DNA of 64,000 bases, from NCBI GenBank assembly GCA_004431415.1, contig QPMI01000545.1:62001-126000 (forward strand), in the 5' to 3' direction. Origin of the DNA: Cyanophora paradoxa CCMP329 (taxonomy: Eukaryota > Plantae > Glaucophyta). Below, piece by piece: positions 10,746 to 20,684 of this stretch. The notes under the pieces were generated by a model. The model was not told where the DNA came from and did not search any database. It saw only the letters and a list, made by a program, of their open reading frames with translations. Made by a program: the position numbers and the translations under genes. Positions within the stretch are counted from its first letter, which is position 1; the number at the start of each line of letters is the position of its first letter.

Positions 10746-13700
10746 GAAGGGGAGGGCGGAGTTTAGAGGAGGGGTAGGAGGAGGGGTACGGGGCGCGGGG
10801 GATACCTTGGTGAGGGAGAGGATCTGCATGGTGGTGAAGACGGTGACGACGAGGGTGCCGAGCTCCTCGCGGGTGCCGGGGGCGGCGAACAGGCGCCGCG
10901 AGGCCGAGAGCGGCGGCTGGCCCTTCGCGCCGGCCGCGGGGCCGGCGCCGGCCGCGGTTGAGGCGGTGCGCGAGGCCAGCGAGAGGCGGCGCGAGGCGGG
11001 GGCGGGGCCCTCCGAGCCGCTGTTGTTGTTCCCGGCCCCGGGCCCCTCCGACGACAGCGGCAGGCTCACCAGCCCGATCAGCTGCGCGACGGGCGCCGTG
11101 GGACGGGGCGCATAGCGGAGAAAGGAAGGGGGGGGTACCGGGTCCCTCGCGCCCGGGGTCCCCGGCTCCGAGGGCTGCGGGCTGCGGTCAGCGCCAGACA
11201 AGGGCGGGGGCTGGCGGCCGCCAAGGGGGCCGCACCAGCGTGCGGGAGGAGACGAGGGCCGAAGCGTCTACAGGGCCCACGAAGTGCGTGCGGAGGAGGA
11301 ACCAGAACAGCGCCCCCGTGCTGCCGGCCCGGTCGGTTTTGGAAGAGGGGGGGGGAGGAGGCGGGAGGGGGGTACCAGACAAGGACGCAGACGACGACGA
11401 CGGGCGGCCCCGCGTACGCCATCGCGGTGCAGGGCTTGCAGGCGCCGGCGGAGAGATAGTACCCCTCCACGCACTCGCCGCAGAGGGGGCCCCTGTGGTG
11501 CTCGGCGCAGGCGCCGGGGGCCGCCCCGGGGCACATCGCGTACGTGCACTTGTAGAAGGTCAGCGGCGCCTGCGGCTTCCTTAGCACAGCCCCGCCTCGC
11601 CTCGGGCGGAGAAGGGAAGGGGGGCGGACCTCGGGGCCGGACCACCAGCCGACGGCGGCGAGCGGGAGGCGCCCGTCCCCCTCGCAGAGGCCCCCCGCGG
11701 GGCAGGCGAGGCACGTGCTGTTGGCGCCGGGGGGCGCCCCCGGCGGCGAGTAGGAGCCCCGGGAGCACAGGCAGTCCGCCTCGGAGCGGGCGCCGGCGAG
11801 GAGCGTGTGCTGCGAGGGGCCGCAGGGCAGGCACGACGAGGCGCCCCGCGCGGGGGCGAAGGTCCCCGCGGGGCACGGAAGGCACGCCTCGGCGCTGCCC
11901 CGCGCCGGGCTGAAGCTCCCCGGCTCGCACTTCCTGCGACCGGAAGCTCAGCTTAGGAAGCTAAGCTTAGGAAGCTCAGGAGGGCGCGCCTGCAGGCGAG
12001 GACGCGGGCGGAGGTGTCGAGGAACTCGCCGGGGCCGCAGCCGCGGGCGCGGAACATCGCCTCCCACAGGGGGTCGGGCACCACGGGCTTGACCTGCCGG
12101 GCCCCGCCTCTCAGCGGAAGGGGCCGAGAAGGCTCCCCCCCTCTAAGGCTTGAGAGGCCGCCGAGAAGGCCCCCTCCTCTTCTTCTCGTAGCTGTAAAGA
12201 AGGCTCCTTCTTCTTCTTCGTCTCAGGCTCCCTTAAGAGGCAAAGAAGGCTTCCTCCTCTAACGCTCTAAGGCCTCCCCCTCTACCGCCTCGCCTAGAGG
12301 ACCGCCTCACCTCGGCCACGTCGACGGGCAGCACGGCGCGCTGGGCGCCCCCGAGGATCTGCCGCGAGCCGTGAGCCGCGGGCCCTGGTCCCTCCAGCGA
12401 GGGGCGCTCGCCTGGACGACGACAGCGTCCTTGGCGATGTTCTCGCGGAGGACGCCGAAGCGGATCGGCCCGAAGAACGTCTGCACGTTCATCTGCCCGT
12501 GGTGGCGGCGGTCTGCAAGAAGAAGGAGGCCTGGTGGGGGCGGGGCGGCCCGTCGGACCTTGTTGAGGATGGCGCGGACGTCGCCGGGGGCCGCCGAGCG
12601 CCCCGTCCTCACCGCGTGGTACGTCACCTGTGCCGAGCGGGTCTGAGCGCGAGCCGCCCCGCAGCGCAGTCCCCCGTCCGAGCTCGAGCCGCCCCAGCGG
12701 TTCCAGGGGAGGGAGGGGGGCGCGCACCAGAGCCATGGCGGCGCAGGTGGCGCCCATGTAGTTGGGCTCCTCGCCCCAGCGCTCCCGGAAGCTCGCCGTG
12801 TAGGCGGCCGCCGAGGGGAAGTAAAGGCCGGCGCCCTTCGAGCCCGCCGTCCCGCCCGGAGACGTCGCCGTCCACTGAGCCAGCAGAGTGAGAAGAGGAG
12901 GGCGAAGCCGAGCTGAAAGCCGAGTCGAGCCGAGCGAGCGGGCGGGGGCACCTGGGTGGGGCCCATGACGTACTCGCCGGCGGGGCCCAGCGAGGCCCAG
13001 CTCGCCTCCGTAGGCTGCGGGGGCCGCGTCAGAGGGGCGAGCACAAGGCGGGCCCGAGATGAGTGCGGGGGCGAGCTTCTGGCGCACGGCGCCCATGATG
13101 AGGGAGAGGCGGGGGCGGTAGTCCGTGCGGTTGAAGAGCAGCCGCGAGACCGCCAGCGTGTCCGCCACGAAGCTGCGAGGGGCGGGGCGGGGCGGGCCCT
13201 CCGTCGGCGGGCGGGGCGGGGTACGGCGTTCTCTGCGGCGGGGGGGTACCCGCAAGCGAAGACGAGGTCCGAGTTGTTGCCGGCGATGGCGCTGCGGTGG
13301 CCGCTCGAACGGCGGGACGGAGGCGGGGGCGGGGGCGGGGGCGGGGCGGGGGCGGGGCGCACTTGATCTGGCGGGCCATGTCCGGGGTGGATATGGCGGG
13401 GTACTCGCCGTACACGTGCGGCACCAGCCCGATCGAGAGGGCGTAGGCCCGCGCCGCCGCGCACGTCGCCCGCGGCAGCGGCGTCCCCTGCGCGTTCGCC
13501 CGGCGCTCAGCGGGAGGGACCGGGCCGGGCCGGGGCGGGCCGGGGCGGAGCGGGCCGGGGCAGCCGGGGCCGGCTCGCCTGCATGACGAAGGAGACGGTG
13601 CGGAAGCCCTCCAGGAGGGCGGTGCGGAGGAACTGGTCGGCGTAGCGGGTCGAGGGGACCATCACGCCGTAGCTGTTCGGCCTGTCGCGCTCGTGCAACG

Positions 13701-14355
13701 ACTGCAGCGCCGCCTTAATCCAGTACACGCAGCCGTTGGCCTCGCAGGCGTCCATCTCGGCCGGCGCGTTCGCCGGCTCCCCGCCGATCACGGCCAGCGG
13801 GCGCAGCGCCATCGCAGCCGCCACGTTCGCCCGCCACTTCGCAGGCACCTGCGCCCCCGCCCGCCCGCCAGCTCAGCGCTCCGTGCCCCGCGCGTGCGGC
13901 CGGCGCCCGGCTGGGGCGGGCGGGGCGCCGGTGCGGCGCGCACCCCCTCGTCGTCGAACACCGTGACATTCCAGCGGACAGTGCTGTTGTTCGAGAGCTC
14001 GATGGCCGGCTGCGTGCGCGTCCACTCCGAGAAGTGCGCTGCCGGGTGCCCGGCGCGGCGCGGTCAGCGGGCGGGGGGAGGCGGGCCGGAGCGGCCGAGG
14101 CGCGAGCCGAGCCGAGGAGTGCGCACTCAGCGCCTTGCTGCAGGAGGCCGTGAGCGGGGAGCCGGCCGCGTTGACGCCGATGTTCAAGATTGCCGCGAGG
14201 TTCACGTCGGCGACGCTCGCCGCCGCCGCGTGCGCGGCCAGCGCGAGGACGACGAAGAGGGGCAGGATCCGTGTGCGGGCGCGAGGCGGCCGGAGTACGC
14301 AGGGCCGCGCAACGCCGCCCGAGGCCGCTGGAACGCCAGGCCTAGGGCTGGCCAT
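8204..14355 (-). CDS. Membrane receptor/channel-like protein: signal peptide + type I periplasmic-binding (Venus flytrap) domain + ephrin-receptor-like Cys repeats + multipass TM domain + low-complexity tail; many exons
   Basis: Signal ILPLFVVLALAAHAAA. PBP1-like segments VFDDEG, LGPAGEYVMGPTQ|W, FRERWGEEPNY and VQTFFGPIRF. Cys repeats KCEPGSFS..CLPCPAGTFA..CLCSPGSY..CLACPAGGLC and CAEHHRGPLCGECVEGYY. About 9-10 hydrophobic segments, including RPYLSARANRLE. The 3' end is approximate. Confidence 0.8.
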
Positions 14356-15169
14356 TCTATTCGTTCCCGCTGCACGAGGGCTGCCTACCTGCTGCACATG
14401 CCGGCGTTGACCCGGCACGAAGGGCGCGTGCGCCTTTTGCCGCTGGCCTGTTGCTGAGGTTGCAACGCTCGCGGGCCGCGGCCCGGCTGTGGGGCTGCAC
14501 TGGGGCAGTGCAGCGTGGGCTTGGGTGCGATCGACTCGGCGCGCGAAGCCTGCCACGAGCGGCGACTGTCGGACGTCGACCGGCCGACTCGCGGCGAAGC
14601 TGCGGGCCTGCGGCTACTGCTCAGTGCTGCTACTGCTACTGCGGATGCGCTGGAAGCGCGCACTAGCGCTGCGGATGCGCAAGCTGCTGCGGATGCGAGG
14701 GGACGCGAAAGCGCTACCCTATAGGCGGCTAGCTCCAGCAGAGCCTGCTGCAGCTAGAGCCTAGAGGTGCCTAGAGCTAGAGCCTCGTTTGCTGTACCCG
14801 TCTGAAATGGTGCCTGAATTCGAAAAATTATAGCGCCGCATTGATGTTTTTCCAGTCCATTTTGGCTTAATTAATATTCTAATTTAGAATCCCATTATAT
14901 ACAAGCCCACACTCACGTGTGGTAAGCCCTGCCAATGCATGCCTGCTCCCTCAGCCTCCCTGTCTGTCTTAGCGTCAATGAGGCTTAGCGGGCAGCTGCA
15001 GCGCTCGGTAGGCGTAGACCTGGCCCTGCATCGTAGGCTGCACGCTGCTCCGGATCCGCCGCCTCCGTGCCGGGCCTCCTCTGCTCTGCCATGGCTGAGC
15101 CCCCCCGCGAGCTGCCGGCGCCACCCTGCATGCCTCTGCCCCGCCCTGGCTCAGTGAGAGCCTCGCCGC

Positions 15170-15480
15170 CGCCCATGGGGCCTCGGCTCCGTCCACCAAG
15201 CCGCTGAGCCACGCCGCCAGGCCGCTGCGCTCCGAGGCTGCGCCCCACCCGGCGAGCCACGACGCCCGGGGGCTGCCCCGCGCGCCTCCGCTCCGCCCGG
15301 CGAGCCGCGCCGGCGCCCCGGCGCCTCCGCCCCGTCCAACAAGTCACGTCGCCAGGTCGCCGCGCTTCGAGGCTGCGCCCCACCCGGCGAGTCACGGCGC
15401 CCGGCGGCTGCCCCGCACGCCTCCGCTCCGCCCGGCGAGCCCCCGCCCCGTCCACCAAGTCATGCCGCCAGGCCGCCGTG
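15170..15480. repeat. Short degenerate GC-rich tandem repeat (C-rich on + strand)
   Basis: Recurring cccggcgagcc, cgcctccgctccgcccggcgag, gaggctgcgccccacccggcgag and ccgtccaccaag. Confidence 0.6.
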
Positions 15481-15519
15481 CTCCGAGCTAGCGCTCGAGC
15501 TCCTGATGAAGGGGAGGAG

Positions 15520-16372
15520 CGAGGTTCCCGCGGCCAGGCGCATGCACATGCGTAGAGCTTGCGAATCTCTTAGAATGCATATACTATCAATGTGGAGGGC
15601 TGCGGAGGCGAGGGCGCACGGAAATATGTGCAGGCCTGTGCAGGATCGAAAATTTGGCGTCGGCTGGGTTCTTGTGCTCTTTCGCCCCCGGAGAGCTTGC
15701 GCAAAGCTTGGAAAAGCTCTCAAATGAATACTGTACGGATGGGCATGCGTGAGGATGCGAGGGCGCGCGGAAAGATGGGCAGGTTTGTCAAGGATCGAAT
15801 TCTTGGGGTCGGCTGGGTCCTCGCGGCCCGGCGCATCTGCAAAGCGCGCGGAAGGATTTGTCTACATCTCAAATGTTTATACTATTGTTCCGCGCATGCG
15901 CCGCGGCGTGGGCGTGCGGAAAGATGTCCGGGCCTGTGCAGGATCGAATTTTCCGAAGTTCGCCGCCGGGTGCCTTCCTGCACTGTTCCGGCTCCGAAAA
16001 GCGAATCGCTGGAGCGCGCAGGCCGTGCTATGTCTATGCGCGTGAGTACGCATCGATTGCGCCCGTCGCGGGACCGGGCGGGACCGGCTGGGTCAAAGTT
16101 TCCGCCGACTCTTCGCACTGCAGTGTCGGCGGCGCCCGAAATCGAGCTTGCAGCGGTGCGCGCGCCGTCGGCTCTCATTCTGTACCGCTCTGGGGCGTTC
16201 CTGGCGCGCTTTCGTCGCGGGACCGGGCGGGACCGGGTCCCACTTTTTGGAGTTTCGCGATCGAACCGGGGTATAAATACCGGGATTAGTTCGCGAGAGA
16301 AATTCGATTTTCGCGTGACGCCCACGGGAGAGCCGAAATTCGATATTCGCGCGACGGCCATGGGAGAGCGGT
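15520..16372. repeat. ~149-bp tandem repeat block, copy 1
   Basis: Anchor aggatcgaa at 15642, 15791 and 15940; gtcgcgggaccgg at 16065 and 16214 (all 149-bp spacing). Confidence 0.85.
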
Positions 16373-17644
16373 CTCCCTCGAGAAAGCACGATCGGAATTC
16401 CTCGAGACGTCCGGACATGTCGGCGTACAAGTCTGAGATTTGATCCATGAGAGAACTCGATGGAAAATTGCGTGACGTCACTGTCGAGGTGTGTGCGTGA
16501 ATTGATCCACGATGAACACGGGGTACGGACGTAACCTGGAAGTTACAGGAATTTCGATCGCCGACCCGGATTTCCGAAATTGGCAGGGCTAATTACCCCT
16601 AATGTTTTTAATTAGAGTTCCCCAATCAAAATCCGCCAAGTACGTAGACGCGTACGATCGATTTTCCATGAAACTGTTTTATTTTTGGTGGTGGCGCAAA
16701 AATGCGGGGAAAATGAATGCGCAAAATGGTCGAAAATGTGAAGGTTCCGCCCACTCCGAGAGGCTTACCACTGTTACGTATACGGTGTTACCAGCCTAAT
16801 ACCAGGTACAACTTACCACAAAGTTACCAAGGAGGTCACGCGGGGGCCGGGGCCCGGGGCCAGAGTTCCAAAATTTTTTGTAGGCCCAGGAGACCCCCAA
16901 AAAATTTTAAAAATTTTTAAAAATTTTTGAAAAATTTCTCAAAAATTTTTGCCATACAAACGAGAAGGCACGTTCCAGAGGCGCGCAAACGCGCTCTAAA
17001 CGTGCTCTTAAGGTCCTCTTAACATTCTTGTAGCATGGGAAGTGGTCAGAAGTTTTATTTCGAGCCCATTTGGGCGAAGGCACACTCATGAATTTCCTAG
17101 GGCTCGCCAGGGGTACAGTGAGGTCTGAACCTTATCGACGTGCAGAGTGCCCCTATCGCATTGCTTATTGCTTAAACTTCATTATACATGCAAGAGATAC
17201 GTATAGGAAGCTTATTACGACGTGTTCTGCACGAGAAAAGGGCCCCCCGAATATTTTCTCGTGCAAAATTTTTTGAGCGTCCAGCCGAGACCAAAAAACA
17301 AGATCCGTGCTCCTGCGGAGCACTAAGTACGGCGAAGCCTCGCGGAAGCCCTCACTGAGTCACGGCCGCCGGGCTGTCACAGTAGGCGGCCTGCTGCAGC
17401 CCCGCCCATGGCCAGCTGTCCGGGTTTCGCCGGCTTGGCCATGGGCTGGCCTGCTATAGCCAGCTCTAGGGAGACCTGGTTGGCCAGAGAGCAATGTAAT
17501 GAGGAGAGGGAATATATAATTAATTATGGGAGGAGTTGGACCGGTAACGCTTGGTTTTTACTGGTGGAGCAGATTGAGAGGAGATTAATTTAATATAAAT
17601 AATAATGTTGGGGGGGAGGCCGGGGAGGGGCGCGCGAGCCCGAG

Positions 17645-19312
17645 GTCCTCGCAGCCAGGCGCATGAGCAGAGCTTGCGAATCGCTTAAACAGAATCTCGA
17701 ACGCATATAGCACCGATGTGCAGGGCTGCGAAGGCGAGGGCGCGAGGAAAGACGTGCAGGTCCATGCAGGATCGAATTTTCAGGGTCGGTTGGATTCTCG
17801 CGCCCTGTCGCGTCCTCGGGGGTCGTGAAAAGCTTAACAAAGACCTCAAATTACTATTGTAGCGATGCGCACGCGCGAGGACGCGAGGCCTAGGGCGCGC
17901 GGAAAGTTGTTCAGGTCTGAAGAGGATCGAACTTTCGGGGTCGGCTGGGTCCTCGCGGCCTGGCACATCTGTAAAGCGTGCGGAACGCTTGCTCTACATC
18001 TCAGATGCTTATGCTATTGTTCCGCGCATGCGCCGCAGCGTGGGCGCGCGGAAAGATCTCCGGGTCCGTGCAGGATCGAATTTTTGCCGACGGTTGGGTT
18101 CTCGTGCTCTTTCGCGTCTTCGAAGTTTGTGGAAGGCTTTGATAAAATCTCAAATGAATATACCAGCGATGCGGCCTGCGTGAGGACGCGAGGGCGCGTG
18201 GAAAGTTGTTCACGTCTGAAGAGGATCGAATTTTCGGGGTCGGCTGGGTCGTCGCGGCCCGGCGCATACGCAAAGCATGCGGAAGGCTTTGTCTACATCT
18301 CAAATGCTTATGCTATTGTTCCGCGCATGCGCCGCGGCGTGGGCGCGCGGAAAGATGTCCGGGCCCGTGCAGGATCGAATGTTTGATGTCCGGTACCTTC
18401 CTGCACTGATCGGCATCCGAAAAGCAGATTTCGGGCGTGCGCAGGCCCTGCTATGTCTATGCGCGCCAGTACGCATCGATCGCGCGCGTCGCGGGACCGG
18501 CCGGAACCGACGGGATCAAATTTTCGGCCGACTCTTCGCACTGGAGTGTCGAGGGCGCCCGAAATCGAGCTTGCGCACTGCGGTACGCGTTTGTATGGGC
18601 CCATAGTGCTTGAAGAAAGCTCCAACGGAGGTTTAACAATGGCTAAATGGTAAGTCAAAGTTACATACTTGCAGTTTTTTTCGATAAGGTTCTGGACTTG
18701 ACTTTGCGCCGTACCCCCCCATTTTGCCTTAGGTTCTGGAAAAAGCGCCGATCTTGCTCGCTCAAAATTGAACCGATTGGGAGCAAATTGACCCAAACGA
18801 TAGATGACCGGCTAGATAGATCGTAGACGCCGCGGCGGGCGTTTTCTAACTAAAGCGCCCGACTTCCTTCTAAAAAACTTTTGCACTGGCCGTTTGAGCA
18901 AAAAAACTTTTTGAAAGTTGCCCGGTACCCCGGCGTTTTTTGGAACGTGACTCAAGGGCCGACAGAATCCGCAAGCTTAATTCAATGGCTGGTAAAAGCT
19001 CTACATGCTTGCAATCGAGCGTCATAGCAGCGTGCAATGCATGGCTGTGGCGATCGTAGAGCTAGCGGTCGCGATCGTGGAGTTGCTTCCAGGACTATGG
19101 GCCCATACAACGCCGTACCGCAGTGGCGGCGATGCGCTCGCCCTCGCGCGTCATTCTGTATCGTTCTGGGGCGTCCCTGGCGCGATTTCGTCGCGGGACC
19201 GGGCGGGACCGGGTCCCACCTTCTGACTCGGACTGCGTTTGTCGGAGGTTAAGTACCGGAATTGATCCAGAGGGAAATTCGATTTTCGCGCGACGCCCAC
19301 GGGAGAGCGGTC
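17645..19312. repeat. ~149-bp tandem repeat block, copy 2 (interrupted by a CACTG element)
   Basis: Anchor aggatcga at 17768, 17923, 18072, 18222 and 18371. Colinear with 15520-16372 up to gggagagcggtc. Confidence 0.85.
18576..19125. mobile_element. Non-autonomous CACTA (EnSpm/CMC)-type element, 550 bp
   Basis: Termini CACTG...CAGTG with ~40-bp imperfect TIRs (cactgcggtac..gtatgggcccatagt). 3-bp TSD GCG at 18573-75 and 19126-28. The empty site is visible in the paralogous block near 16141-16165. Confidence 0.85.
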
Positions 19313-19375
19313 GTCTTAGGGGAGCCAGGACGCTAAAAATGGATCTAGAGAGGTCTGTGGGGGTTAGGGTGGCCG

Positions 19376-20551
19376 ATGTACCCCCCTGGGGTGCGTGCGC
19401 CTTGTCTTCCGCCTTCCAGCCTCCCCAGCCTCAGCAGCATGTATCCTGTCGTCGTTGTTGGCGCCTCAGCGGCCCGTAGCTCAGGTGGCGGGCCCGTCCG
19501 CGGCCCCTTGTCATCTCGCCCGACTTTCCAGCCTCCCGCGACGGCGCCCTCGTTCTCCCGTAGGTTCCCTAGTACCGTTGGGTCCGAGAAATTCCTGATT
19601 CGGTCGTCGGACGTGTATCTTTACAGCGTGACCTGCAGATATTTCAGCGTTACGGCCCCTCCTGCTCAGTCCGACGCGGCCCGCGCGCTCCGCGATGGCC
19701 CCAGCAAAGCCCAGATTCGCCGAGATATGACTGATTGCTTGTCTGGCCTCGACCCCGCCCCGGTTGTGACCAACTGGGGCAAGCGCGCACTTCTGCTGTC
19801 GGTTGAGGAGGCGCACACAGATGCAGCCCGCAAGCTGCTCCGTAGGTCGGCGTTGCAGCATTTAGCCAGCTTCGACCTCACACAGCTCGGGGCCGACAAG
19901 TTCAATGCCCCGCCGCCGCCTCCGGATTCGCAGCGCGACTCTGGTTATCGCGATCCCTCGGTCAGCTTCGGCCCTTTCCGCACAGTGCCCACCAACACTC
20001 GTGTCTTCTTCGAGTGGCTCGTCCAGCTCGGCTTCGTCCCGGGCAAGGTGCATGTCATCAAGTCAGCAAGCGTCTGGACGAAAGTGTACCTCGACGAGGT
20101 CCCGCCCGTCGCCAGTCAGGCTCGCCTGCCCTTCTCTCATCAGTTCGGCAACGAGATCGTTCAGGTCAGCGGCAGCTGGGCGTTCTGCAATCGGAGGGGC
20201 TGCAACAGCGCGCAGCACTCGGAGCACGCCCCGCATACGCGCAAGGGCGTCACAGTCAACGGCCAGTCGCAGTCCGTCGAGCATTACAGCGGCCCGAACT
20301 GGACCGACCAGACCGGCCCCAGTGCCATCGTGCCCAAGGCGAACGACCCCCTCAACTTCGACATCGTCTTTCCGTGGGCGGAAGACCTGCAGCTCGCTCT
20401 GCAGGTTCGCTTCAGCACTTTTAGCTATAGATGGCCCCCTGGGTCTTTCCGGCCTCATAGGCCGCCACTCGCAATCGATCCGCTTCTCGAGCTCATTCTC
20501 CTCTTTCTCGATCGTGCAGACTGCCGCTGCGTCCACCTCGGGCAGGTGTGA
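19376..20551 (+). CDS. LINE ORF1 (putative nucleic-acid-binding protein)
   Basis: 391-aa intronless ORF immediately upstream of the APE-RT ORF, with Cys/His motif CNRRGCNSAQHSEH. Confidence 0.65.
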   Translation: MYPPGVRAPCLPPSSLPSLSSMYPVVVVGASAARSSGGGPVRGPLSSRPTFQPPATAPSFSRRFPSTVGSEKFLIRSSDVYLYSVTCRYFSVTAPPAQSDAARALRDGPSKAQIRRDMTDCLSGLDPAPVVTNWGKRALLLSVEEAHTDAARKLLRRSALQHLASFDLTQLGADKFNAPPPPPDSQRDSGYRDPSVSFGPFRTVPTNTRVFFEWLVQLGFVPGKVHVIKSASVWTKVYLDEVPPVASQARLPFSHQFGNEIVQVSGSWAFCNRRGCNSAQHSEHAPHTRKGVTVNGQSQSVEHYSGPNWTDQTGPSAIVPKANDPLNFDIVFPWAEDLQLALQVRFSTFSYRWPPGSFRPHRPPLAIDPLLELILLFLDRADCRCVHLGQV

Positions 20552-20684
20552 GGTGCTCCGGGCCCCTGTCGATTCCCGCTGCGTTTCGCGGCGGGGCTCC
20601 TCCTTCGGCCCTCCCTCGTCCCCGACCCTCGTTTTCTCCTCCAGCTCCCGGGCTCGGGCCCTCGAGCTGCACCACCCCCCGTAA

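Noticed and set aside
15592-18796. ORFs within the 149-bp repeat blocks
   Set aside because: Frames are not conserved between monomers or between the two blocks.
19317-19373. LINE target-site duplication (taggggagc or tagggtggc versus tagggtagc after the poly(A))
   Set aside because: Two competing 9-bp candidates, each with a mismatch; cannot be called without other copies.
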